From Vicugna vicugna (taxonomy: Eukaryota): 64,000 bases of DNA. This document shows positions 12,143 through 23,260 of the stretch, piece by piece (the stretch's first letter is position 1; each line of letters opens with the position of its first letter). Where the stretch lies: positions 124,001-188,000 of the forward strand of contig MU058796.1 in the NCBI GenBank assembly GCA_013265495.1. The letters are read 5' to 3'. The notes beneath the pieces were generated by a model. That model made no database searches. It was not told the origin of the DNA and saw nothing but the letters and a program-made list of their open reading frames with translations. The position numbers were made by a program, and so were the translations under genes.

Positions 12143-15100
12143 CTGTTTCTGAAGGCCTTTGTGGCATGTTGGTGTAAAGTTGCCAATTCTTCATTCTTGA
12201 AAAGCCTGTCTTGTATTCTAAGATTATGGCTTCCTTCTTCCTCCCCCCACCACCCCCTACCCCCACTGTTGTTAACATGTCCTTTCTTTTAAGAAGTGAT
12301 GTCAGATTTCAGTGTTAGTTGTGTTTTATTAAATAGCGTAACTTGGCAATATAAAATGTTGGCAACCCTTATGTTGTTCTCTTTTTTCCCCCCAAACTAA
12401 TTCATGAAATACAAAACTCTGTTAAGTGCTGGCTTAAGACAGCATGTGCTGAAAGTGCCAAATCTCCCTCTGCCCATGGAAAACTCCATCTTAACCCACT
12501 CGTAAGTGTGTGTGTGTTTGGTTTTACTAATTTTCATACTTACTTCTTATTTCCCAGGTTTATTCTGAACGGAAAAGGAACACTCTGCTCCCCACATTCA
12601 CATTTTATATGTTTAGTTGATTTTATTTGGTTTTAACACGAAAAAGCAGCAGTAAAATTTATCCCCGATTCTTTAATAAAACAGCATGTCAGCAGAACAG
12701 GTACGGGAAATGGGGTTCTCAAGATCTTTTATAGTCTGACATCAAAATTAAACTGGGATGTTGAGAATGTCTAGCTAGGCCTCTCCCCTTTCTCTGTCTC
12801 CCCCCCAGGATTTCCGAGGCATATCCATGTTTGTTTTGTGTTTGTGTTTTGGGGGAAAGGTGGGGAATCTGGAGCTGTTTTTCTTTTTCTTTTTTTTTGG
12901 TCTTTAGGGGAAAAAAGAAAACCAGTTATTTTCAAGGGGATTGACTAGTAGTGGCCAGTGTAACAAAGAAACCCCACTAAGCCTAACCACAACCTGACAG
13001 GATGAAAAGTGATTCCAGAGCTGCCATTCACCACAAATCCCCATGAAACCTGCCAGGAAACCAGCCGAAAGCCGTAGAGAAGCTGCTTCTCAAGGGCCAC
13101 AAATGTGGCCCCCGGAGAATCTTCTGGTCCTATTCAGATTCAAAGTTGCAGAGTGGGGGAGGGGTGGAAACTGGAGATAGAGAATTAGCAGTCCTGTGAT
13201 CGCTTTCAAGGTTATGATGGAACTGATTTAAAATGCAAAACCGCATCCCATTGTAAACACAGAGGCAAACTGGAAGCCGAGAAGAAATGGGGTTTCATTT
13301 GGTGATTTTCAATTTTAGAACTGAAATGCGGACGGGAAGAAAAACGCTACTTATTTTTCCAGAACTGAGATTGCCTGTTCTTTTTTAGTTTTTATTTTAA
13401 TTTTTTTGATAGGATAAGTGACTGTGGACTGATATATTACTTCTTTGGGCTTCAATGCTAATAAGGCATACTTCCCACAGAATCTGACAGGAAGGATGAA
13501 TACCTTGCCTTGCTAATGGTTAATTTGTAGTGGCATGTGTATTTCGTGAATGTTCATGAAGTTTTCTAATTCATCAGCACACAATTGGGCTTTTTTCCTC
13601 CCTTTACACGGAATGAAATGCCGAGAGGGCAAGAGGTTCGAGGATGTATTATTCCCTCAGCCGGTGTATTTACTACCCAAAAGTTATTGCTAATTTTTTT
13701 TCTACCTCAGGAACAAAACTGTTCTTCAGCAAATAATTTAGTAATGACCACCCTTTAAAATGTTTATTGCTGTTGAATCTGTCACAGATTGCATCAAGCC
13801 ACAGAGATGCTAATCTATCTCATGTATTTGAAACTCCTCTGGGAAACATATATTTGGGCTAACTGCTGAGTGAACATGACTGTTAGGATTATAGAGACCA
13901 TACACGGTGAAGGAAAGCAGCGTCGCTTTTCTGACTGGAAAGTAAACAATAGAGCGATTGTCGGCTTACACGTTGGGGCCAACAGCCCTACTGCTGAGGA
14001 GCTGTATGTAAAAACCAAGATCAGCAAGCAGTCTTGATGTTTTCTGCTTGGAGTTGGATGTTGTCGAGGACTCAGATGAGCCACCCCAGTGAGTATGCAG
14101 GAAACAAAACAGGATATTCCTGTTTGAGGACTGCTTTCTGTAATTATGTTGATTTTTTATGCAACACTTGAACTTTTAAAAACTCAAGGATGCCTAACAA
14201 GTACTCCAGAAGAGAATAAATGATTGGGATTTTGTCTTAAGTGAAATGTTAGCATGTGTTCTTAACAAAATTAACTTGTTTGTATTTGTGAGCGGGGTCT
14301 ATGAATTAAGTATACTTAGACCATGCCTGTTTTGTTTCCCCACCTCACCCTCCCACTCCCCCTTTTTCAAACAGGAAGTTAAGTTGTCTTTGGAACATCA
14401 TATTCCCTGCTTGGAAAAGGCACTGGATTGTGTAATAGTCTGACAGGGAAGTTTGGAGAGTACCAGGAGTTTCCCCTGGGAGGCTTGAGGGGGGTAAATT
14501 TTGCAGCAACATCTATCAAGTTCTTTCCTTTGAGCTATCCTGAGCAATTCCATTGTTGTGTGTACAAAGTCTTCAGAATGGAAACAGCTAAACTAAATTG
14601 TAAATACCCTAAGGAAAAAACGTCTTTGGAAATAGGTACTGTGGGCTTGTTTGGCACATTGTACTTTTATCTGTCTTTCCTTGCTGAGAAAGAAACATCT
14701 GGCTCAATGACTTGCCAGTTAATGCTATCATGCTACAGACATCCGATTACTCCTTTCCCATCCAAATACCAACTGTGTGTATGAGACAAGGGATGTAACA
14801 TATTTGTATGCCAAGAAATTTGATTTGGTGACAATTATTTGCCCTTTAATTTAACAAAATTATTTCATGCTCCTTTTCTTTAATCAAAATGTCATGCAAT
14901 TTCTTGTTTCACTTCAATAATTCTTATAATTTTATAACACAATGAAAGGATTATAGATTAGCACAGATCAATCTCCTCCATATACTCCTTATTTTTTCTT
15001 AAGATTTCAGTCCACAAAAGGTCATAGACAACATTATACTTTCGGGCTAAGGACACCACAAGATTCCTTTGCAAAAGCACACCGGCAGGGCAATCATTTG

Positions 15101-15224
15101 CCAATGGCAGTGTGCCCTGAGTTTTAACCACCGTGATTCAGTGAGGAAACTGAAATGTAAACTGATTGGTAACTATCAAGTTTAGTCAAAGGTACCCTGA
15201 GAAAACTGACTCATTCTAGGGGTA

Positions 15225-15360
15225 AGGCTATGTAGGGGAGAATTTAAAACAGTGCTTGGGGGTCAGCCTACCTGGGTTTCAATTCAGATTCTACCATTTG
15301 GCCAGAAAATTACCTAACACTTTCTCTTGGTTTCTCTTCTATAAAAAGGAAGATTATAAT
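15225..15360 (+). mobile_element. MIR SINE, 5' part (interrupted by MLT1 LTR)
   Basis: gtcagcctacctgggtttcaattcagattctaccattt...tacctaacac...tttctcttctataaaaaggaagattataat. Confidence 0.7.
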
Positions 15361-15874
15361 TGTTCCAATTACTTATTGCTGCCTAACAAACACCCCAAAA
15401 CTTAGTGGTTTAACACACTGCTTATTATTATATCTCACTTTTCTGTGGATGGACCAGGCTTCATTAGGTGGTTCTCACTTGGGGTTGGCCACGCTGGTGA
15501 GATCAGAGAGCAGCTGGAGTCATTTGAAGGCTTCAGCGGGCTGGCCATTCCACATGCTTCATTTCCATGCTGACTGCAGGCTGGGCTTACCTGGGCCTCA
15601 GTTTATACCTGACCTCTCCTTGTGGCTTGGGTTTTCTCACAGCCTGGAAGCCTTAGTCTGACTTCTTACATGGCAGAGCAGGGCTCCAAGAGAACAGGGC
15701 AGAAGTTGCCAATCAACTGAGAAGCTAGGTGCAGGCTTGGGCTATTGTCTTTTCTGTTTCATTCAATTCTTCCAGCCAGTCACTAAGGCCAGCTCAGATT
15801 AAAAGGGAGAAGAATTAAAGCCCACCTCTCAATTTGAGAAGTAGTTAATTTGCTGCCATCTCCAAACCACCACA
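15361..15874 (-). mobile_element. MLT1 (MLT1H-like) ERVL-MaLR solo LTR
   Basis: TG...CA termini; ttattgctgcctaacaaacaccccaaaacttagtggtttaa, cctctccttgtggcttggg...ctcacagc and cagccagtcactaaggccagctcagattaaaaggg are MLT1 hallmarks. Confidence 0.85.
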
Positions 15875-15993
15875 AATACAATTTCTACCGCATACTGTTT
15901 TGTGAGTATTAAATGAGTTAATCTGTGTAATGTGCTTAGACCAGCATTTGATGCTTGTGATATGTTTTCAATAAAAGTTAGTTACTATTATTT
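15875..15993 (+). mobile_element. MIR SINE, 3' part (continuation after MLT1)
   Basis: tgttttgtgagtattaaatgagttaatctgtgtaatgtgcttagaccagc...tcaataaaagttagttactattatt. Confidence 0.8.
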
Positions 15994-16044
15994 TCTAAGT
16001 CCTTATCCCATGTTATTTTTCGTCATTGAGTTTATCATTATTTG

Positions 16045-16210
16045 ACCTTACTTGTAATTATGCTTGCAAATATGTGTTTATTTTCTCCCTCATACAAATA
16101 TAAACTTCACAGCCATAGAGACTTCATGTCTTTTCAGGGCCTAGAGAAATGTCTGGTTTATAATGAGAGTACCATAAATATTTGTTGAGTGAAAGAGTGA
16201 ATAAGTGATT
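16045..16210 (+). mobile_element. L2 3'-end fragment
   Basis: ends in cagggcctagagaaatgtctgg...ataaatatttgttgagtgaaagagtgaata. Confidence 0.65.
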
Positions 16211-16489
16211 GAACCCCAAGGGAAAATAGAACTGGAGGAAACAAACATTTCAGACACTTGATTGTGGAAAATGGGAGTGCAGCTGGGGCTGGGGAAGGAT
16301 TATGAGCAGAGAGGCTGACATTCTAATTTACTTAGATGTATTAAAAATTAGTCTCAATATCATCTTTTACCTGTAGCAGTTTTTAACTAAAGCTGTCCCA
16401 GGAAGTACAAAAGACATAAACAAGGCTTTCTTTGCCTCCAGAATAACTGTCCACAATTGGCACAAACAGAAAGCTGCGTTTTGCCACCC

Positions 16490-16700
16490 ACAGAGAAGCC
16501 TTAGGATCTGACAGCTCTGGGTTTAAGTCCCCACTCTGCTGTTTGCTTGCTGCCTGACATGAAAAGGATGTTTAACTTCTCTGAGTTGCAAAATCTGTAA
16601 AATCAGGCAACAAGGCATACCTCATGGGATTTCTGTGAGAATTATATGTAGCTGATAAAGGGCTGCGACGAAAGGACTAGACATAATTGATAAAAATGTG
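16490..16700 (+). mobile_element. MIR SINE
   Basis: ctgggtttaagtccccactctgct...tttaacttctctgag...atctgtaaaat...atacctcatgggatttctgtgagaatta. Confidence 0.75.
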
Positions 16701-17047
16701 CCAATCCCCCCAAATAAAGAGAGTTTCATAAAGCAACTTCACTGACATGAATGTTGCCATACTTTATATTAGAGTGGATAGTTTTTCAATTTTTATTTCT
16801 CAAAAACTCCTCTTATGTTCCCAAACACATTAAAAATATTAAAATAATATTAAGTTCACTCTCTTCTAACATTCAATCTACGAACATATTGATCCATAAA
16901 TTGACCTTTCTACTCCACCAGTATCTGACACAGGAATTGAAAAGGAATATTAAGTAAGTTTTAACCACCATGTTAAAAATAGATGTTTATATTTATCAAG
17001 AGAAATAGTGACATCAAAGGAAGTACACATGATGTCCAAAGAACAAC

Positions 17048-17073
17048 TTCCTAGAATTCAAGGGGAATTCCCC
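17048..17073. promoter_or_regulatory. candidate STAT/BCL6 + NF-kB composite element
   Basis: TTCCTAGAA (17048-17056), 5-bp spacer, then the perfect palindrome GGGGAATTCCCC (17062-17073); motif match only. Confidence 0.4.
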
Positions 17074-19531
17074 CAGCTGCAGCCCCCTTCTTGAGGATGT
17101 CCAAAACTAAATTACTTAATCAACAGATCGTGATTGTTGAGAGTTCAACAAGTTCAAAGCACTCAGAACTTTGGAGCAATTTAAAGAAAAAAACACTTCC
17201 CCTTGTTTTATAGATCTCTTAGTATTTCAAAATAAATTTATTGACAAAGATGCACTAATAAACATAAGAATTTATTTCCTCAAAACGTATATTTGTATAT
17301 ATAATCAGTTCAAGATGGGCAATTTATAGGTCCACAAACATATTTATATAAATTCATAGTGGGTAAATTGGACAGAAATTTTGTCTGTTTTCTTGCTTTG
17401 GAAAAGTTGTCAAATATTTCTTAAATTGAAAGACTGCCCTAGGACATGTGGGGAAAGAAAGCTAGAAAAAAGAATGATGCAATAGAGAATCATATGTCTT
17501 TTAAAGAAAATATTTAGCATTAATGTTGTATATTGTTGGCAGCTAGACAATACAGCATATATTCTGTTTGCCAAGGCAACAAAACACCAGAATGGGCACA
17601 TGGCAGACACAGCTCAGGCCTCTAACGTGAAGCAGAATGTATTTGAATAAGTTATAGTAGTATAGCATAGTAAAATTTAATTAATTTGTCTTTTGGTGGG
17701 GGAGTTCATATGAATCCTGCAGTCACTAACAGGTTTGATACTAGACAGTGGCAACATTAAACTTACATATATTTAACGTACCTGATAAATAATAGGTTTT
17801 TAGTAAATATTAGTTTTCTTTCTTTTATTGAACTATGTTTCCTTGCTTTTTTTTTTATTGATTAGGTCTGGACTCTGTAACTAATAGCCACTTGTGCTGG
17901 GATCATCTCGTGGTTCTTTGTTCTCAAGTAAACAAACATAATCTGGTTAAGTATGAACCAATGGCAGGTGACTGGCTTTGACAGGGACCAGCGTGGGGAA
18001 AGTAGAAGCCTGATGAAATAAATACAAATTCTTCTGAGCATTTTCGTCATTCCATATTTAGTTTTTTATGGATCCATATATTACAAAGATAAGCACGTCA
18101 GGGCTTATCTGCTCTGTGAACCCCTCTTAACATGAAAGGGGGAAACCTTTTGTATTCTCTATCAGAATCTGATTGGATCAGATTATATAAGGCTTCATAT
18201 AGGCAGAAATTGACATTCATGCCACAGCTATTTTTATTATACAGATGTGCTGATAAAAGTAATTTTGGGGTTTTTTTCCCTACCTTTTACCCCTTCCAGA
18301 GAATGTCTATAATTTTACTCCTTAAAATAATAAATACAAATGTAAGAATTCTCCACAAAAGTTGTTCATAAACATTTACCTGTTACTTCCATATTTGTAG
18401 TGATGATAACTAATGCCTACAGATTGGATCGTAATTTGTTCAATTCATCCAACCAAACCAAAAGCCTTATATGGGAATTTTCAGTGTCCAGTTACCTTAT
18501 GAATGAAAACACCATACTGCCTCATTTAAAAAGATTCATGCAAGAGTTAAAAATAGATGAGATGGGTGTCTGCAGTCTCCTGGAATCACGAATGTACAAA
18601 CAAGAGAACTAATTTTTCTCTACTGTTTTTACGAAAAAAAGGAAAGATTTTTTTCACACTAGGCAAACAGCAACTGGTTTAGTCTCATAAATTTACATAT
18701 CATAAGTAGTGTCAGCATTCAGGCAGATTAGATTAACAGGCCTTGTGTTATCATCTCAGGGAAAAAAGGAAAATATACCCAAAGTCATCTGGTTAATTGC
18801 AGTAGGTGGGGAGATGAAGTTGCTTCCATTGGAACAGTTGCAAGATCCACAAAATCTGTTTTTAGCTCAGTCATTCATCCTGTTGAATGTGTGATGTGTT
18901 TTCAATTTAATGATAATTGCCCTTTCCATTTCTTTGATAATTGCCCTCTTTATTATCATTTATAGAGATTCAAATTATAAATCAAGACAAGACAGCCAGA
19001 AAAATATTATGATTGTCCCTTCTGAGGCCACAGCAACTCAAGTAACACTGCCAAAGTCTGAAAGCTGAAGCTATTTTCATTTGCATGTTTCTGAACATTT
19101 TATTTTAGGGTCCAATGGTTTTCCTAAAGAGGAGGTTGCAGAACAATAATAGGACTGAATGATAACAGATACAGAGACTGTAAGTTTAGCTTCAATTCAA
19201 CAGTTATAAAATTGTCTTTGAAACCAGAAACTTGCTTTGCGAACTATTTGAAAGCAAAGGTGAGGAGTCAGCCAGAAATGTTTGCTGTTAGTCACTGGGT
19301 GTCCCCTTGAAGCACGTTACACAGCCCTTCTTCCCACAAGCTAGTCTCCTCCTTTACTTTTGTCCTGTTTGGGGGGAAAAATGCATTCTCTTCCCCAAAT
19401 ACACACAATGATCCACATAACGAGATAAGTGCAAAGACTGAGCTTTTATCGAAGATACTAGGAATCATCTCCCAAAAGAAAGGCAGGAAAATAAAAATAC
19501 GTACCCAAGAAGTGGTTCTTTGAGGCAGTAA

Positions 19532-19934
19532 CTGTCGTGTGCTGGCGCCAGCTTGTACCTACTCAGGAGATTTTATTATTATATTTTCAGGAATTTGGCA
19601 AGCTGAAAGCCATTATTAAAAATTAATCACATAAATTTTGAATTAAATACATTATATTAAAAACAAAGGTACTAAATGCACAGAACTCATCACTTCCTAA
19701 TTATTGTAGTACATTGTAGTATTTTCTTTGTTCCTGTGGACATTTTTGTTTATTGTCTCTGAATATTAGAAATAATGGTATGATATGGAGTATCTCTCCC
19801 CAGTTTGGCTTCTGTAACTTTCTATTAGTGGTTGGAAGGTGGCAATGGTATTTATACCACTCATATCAGAAAATGCTACAAACCATCAAGTTTCCCCAGA
19901 GAGCTGGTTGATGCACATTTGCAGCCCAGCCTGG
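19532..19934. mobile_element. MER63 (MER63B-like) hAT-Blackjack DNA transposon
   Basis: gtgtgctggcgccagcttgtacc...ttttcaggaattt...agccattattaaaaattaa...attatattaaaaacaaagg...aactcatcacttcctaattatt...agagagctggttg...cagcccagcctgg. Confidence 0.85.
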
Positions 19935-19949
19935 ACAATGATAACAGTT

Positions 19950-20064
19950 TTGTGAGAGGAAGAACCTTGGAGCTGGGATGATCTGGGTTTCCTTTGGGCT
20001 CAGTCAGTTGGTAGCTGTGGTATTGGGCACTGGGTGGCTTACTTAAACTCTCTCAGCCTTAATT
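19950..20064 (+). mobile_element. MIR fragment
   Basis: atctgggttt...ggctcagtcagttggtagctgtgg...ttacttaaactctctcagcctt. Confidence 0.55.
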
Positions 20065-20065
20065 T

Positions 20066-20400
20066 ATCACTCTCCTGCTTGGCGCCTTCAATATCTTCCC
20101 ATTATTCTTAGGATAAAGTCCAAAATCCTTAGTGCCTTTGCCCCCTTATCCTTGCCCCAGAGTTCTTTACTCCTTGAATCCTGTAAGTTCCTCCTGCCTA
20201 AGGCCCTCGAAACTGGAGTGCCTTCCTTTCCCCTCTTCTTGCTGCTCACTCCTCCTGAAGACTTGGGTGTCGGTCTAAGTTCCTTTCCCAAGGTGACTTC
20301 CCTGATAGCAACCTCCTGTACCTTCCGTATAATAGGTTAAGATGCCTTAATATATACTCCCATATAACCCTGTAACTTTCCTTCAGAGCCCTTGTCAAAA
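20066..20400 (+). mobile_element. L2 fragment
   Basis: tcactctcctgctt...ttcccattattcttaggataaagtccaaaatcctta...cctgcctaaggccctcg...ttccctga. Confidence 0.7.
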
Positions 20401-20607
20401 GTTGAACAACGTTATCTTGCATGTATGCATTTGCTTAGTGTTAAAAACCCCCTTTCGTCTGCGTATCTTACACATGTTGCTGTTAGTCTCAAGTTCGGTC
20501 CTACGCCTGTGGATATCCTCTTTGCTAACCTAAACCACTTAAATTTAATCTGTAGGATTTCTGTTTTAATAAGAGCAACCCTCTTTTCAAAATCATTCAT
20601 TCTCCCT

Positions 20608-20857
20608 GAGAGGTGCTACAGCACAGTGGTTAAGGAGGGGGGCTCTGAGACTAAGCTCTCTAGGTTTGAATCTTGTCTCCACTACTTAAGAGCTGTGTAG
20701 CCTTACCCACCTCTTTGTAATTCCATTTCCTAATTTTTGAAGTAGGGTTAATAACAAAATCTACTTCCTGGGGGTTGTTGTGAAAATGAAGTTACCCCCT
20801 GCTAAGTGCTTAAAACAGTGTTGATCATGAAGGGATTAGTATTTAACCGACATTATT
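20608..20857 (+). mobile_element. MIR SINE, near full length
   Basis: cagcacagtggttaagg...ggctctgagac...ggtttgaatcttgtctccactactta..agctgtgt...gggggttgttgtgaaaatgaa...aagtgcttaaaacagtg. Confidence 0.85.
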
Positions 20858-21074
20858 CCCACTTGCCTTAAGTCTAGTTTTGCTTTCCTCTAATGATCCT
20901 ATTTCCCAGAACACCCACTTCTACAGAGACTCTCATCCTCCCTTACCTTTGATGATTGTAGACAACTTCACAGATTTAACTATCTCACCCATTGGAAGGA
21001 CACCAAAATCCCTGGCTCTAGTTTCTCCCCTACTTTGTAATCTAACAGTTCCAGCTACTTGCTGTCATCTCCGT

Positions 21075-21400
21075 GAGACTTTTTGACACATCAAACACAA
21101 TGTACTACTCTCAAATTCATCATTACCCCATCAAACTAGTTCATTCTTTTGACATCTGTATTTCTGTTAATAGCATCCCAGTTTCTTCAGTGAGGCTCCA
21201 ACTTTCTATTTCACCTGTCTCTTCCCTCTCCTGTACTGCACATCTCAGCAGTTGCCAATCCCTACTGATTGTCTCTGAAATACCTCTTGCATCTTCTTCT
21301 TCCTTTTAATTCCCACTGCTCCCACCTTGTCTAGATTCTCATTAATCTCTTTCTTGTCTGGACAATAGCCTACTATCCAATCTTCACAGTTTTAGACTCA
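21075..21400 (+). mobile_element. L2 internal fragment (degraded)
   Basis: pyrimidine-rich catcaaacacaatgtac...tatttctgttaatagcatcc...cccactgctcccaccttgtctagattctcatt. Confidence 0.5.
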
Positions 21401-21590
21401 GCTTAACATAACGAGAAGCATTCTTGTAGAATTAGACATACTTATAACACAGGTTTCTCTCCCTCCCTCCCTTTCTCTTTCTCTCAGTTGTGTGATGTTG
21501 TATGTCTGTCTTCTGTCCATGAAAGTGGTGACCTTGACCAACTAGTACACCTCTCGATCCTCAGGACCTAATAGTAGGGAAAAAAGACTC

Positions 21591-21676
21591 TTTACTATTA
21601 TTATTAAATATTATTACAGTATTAAATGTACTATATTATTAATATAGTATATTATTATTAAAATAGTACTATTAAA
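21591..21676. repeat. AT-rich low-complexity tract with short palindromes
   Basis: tactatatt-att-aatatagta (21629-21649) and aatagtactatt (21662-21673). Confidence 0.7.
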
Positions 21677-22171
21677 GGTTGAGTATTGCTGAAGTATTTC
21701 CTGGGTTAATTATTGAATAAATTCACTTTCTGTCCTTGCTTTGATCTATGGTCCACACTCTTCATCTACTTAAATTGGATTTCTGGTTAATTCACTCCTC
21801 TGCTCAAACATCATCAGCCCTTCCCAACTGATTGCCTGCTGCCTAATGTCCCCATCCTGGAATATGACGCTTCAGTTAAGAGGCCAGATTTACCTTCAGG
21901 AAAGCTCCATTCCACTCAGAATATTCAGAGTTGTTTTTGTTTTAATTAGGGAAATGACAGTATTAGTTGTGATTTCAAAAGCTTCCTCAGCCTGTATCAT
22001 GCAGGACAACAAACAGAATTGCTTATCTTCTGTTGTCAGTTACACTGGCTTCTAAAACAGAAGACTTAGGTAGGTATGCATTTACCATCACAGTCCAGGC
22101 ATGCGGACGTTAGTCAGACGCACACCTTTAAATAACAAAAATATTCAGGCTGCACAGTTTCCTCCAAACTT

Positions 22172-22241
22172 CTCAAAATAAAATTTTCTTTTTTAGATGT
22201 AAAAGCCTCAAAATAAAATTTTCTTTTTTAGATGTAAAAGC
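22172..22241. repeat. perfect 35-bp tandem duplication
   Basis: ctcaaaataaaattttcttttttagatgtaaaagc x2. Confidence 0.95.
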
Positions 22242-22484
22242 CAACAGAAGATGATTTTAAAATTTTCCTTTATTTTACTTAAATTCCTTTCACGTCACCT
22301 TTTCTCTAGATGAGCTGTCACTGGATGATGCACTTTCTCTCTAAACTGCCTTCTTTATCCTTGAGTTTTCTTTTCCTGTATTGAATTATTCGCTCTTCTC
22401 TCAGTATACATTCATGATTTTACTTTCTTCATTTGCGACTTGATGATTAGAATGTTGCTTTCCTACTACTTGGAATTTAATTTT

Positions 22485-22554
22485 TCTTGAATCTTGTAGA
22501 TTTTTACCCTGAACTACAGTCTTGAATCTTGTAGATTTTTACCCTGAACTACAG
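22485..22554. repeat. perfect 35-bp tandem duplication
   Basis: tcttgaatcttgtagatttttaccctgaactacag x2. Confidence 0.95.
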
Positions 22555-22566
22555 TTTAAATAATAC

Positions 22567-22675
22567 TTTTTTTTTTAATGGAAGTACAGTCAATTACAAT
22601 GTGTCAATTTCTGGTGTACAGCACTATGTCCCAGTCATGCATGTACATGCATATATTCGCTTTCATTTTTTTTTC
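22567..22675 (-). mobile_element. young, heavily 5'-truncated LINE-1 3' end (camelid-type)
   Basis: poly-T then gaagtacagtcaattacaatgtgtcaatttctggtgtacagcactatgtcccagtcatgcat; flanked by the near-direct repeat aaa(t/g)aatacttt at 22558-22569 and 22676-22687. Confidence 0.85.
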
Positions 22676-22789
22676 AAAGAATACTTTCTTGGTTGATTTT
22701 CGAAGTCCTGACTTTGCATTTTTTTAATGCTGATACTGTTGCTGACCCTTTTGAGTTAGGCCCTCCCAGGGGTCCTTCTGCTGGGTGTT

Positions 22790-23260
22790 GCTCGTGCCAG
22801 GAGCGTGAGACCAAGTTCAGTTCAGAAGCGAAGTAAAGCTCTGCTGTTTGATCCAAGAATGGAGAAGTTCGGGCTTGCGCTCTGGATACACACTGCCCCT
22901 GAAGGCGGTGGGCGGGGCTGCTTCCCAGGGCTCTCCGCGGCGGGGAGGGGGCAGAGCGCTCCCGCCGCGCAGCCGCAGACGGCAGTGCCGGCGCCGCGTC
23001 TCCATGTGCGGCGCCATCGTGAACTGAGGTGCGCTCTCCGCTGCCGCACGAGGCCCGCGAGCCGAGGGGTCCGGCAGCGTTTCCCTGCTGGGAGCTCTCA
23101 CCCCACAAGTTCGCGACAAGGCCTCTGCGCAAGGCCCCTGCAGGCAAGTGAGACCAGGCGAAGCACAGAAGGAGAGGTTAGACTTTATCCTACCGCCTAG
23201 ATTCGATCTTCTTTTTCCCTGGACCCCAGCAGGCTTTGCTGGTGACAGCCGCCACTGCAT
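22790..23260. promoter_or_regulatory. small CpG island / candidate promoter
   Basis: about 33 CpGs hand-counted in 22861-23160, roughly 70% GC in an AT-rich background; GC box GGGCGGGGC 22910-22918, CGCCAT 23012-23017, TCGCGA 23111-23116. Confidence 0.8.

Noticed and set aside
23122..23134. cctctgcgcaagg, resembling a U6 snRNA segment
   Set aside because: Only ~12 nt of similarity; the flanks do not match U6.
22674..23260. Overlapping 75-157 aa ORFs on both strands in the CpG island
   Set aside because: Expected from stop-codon scarcity in GC-rich DNA; Arg/Ala/Pro/Gly-rich with no recognisable protein.
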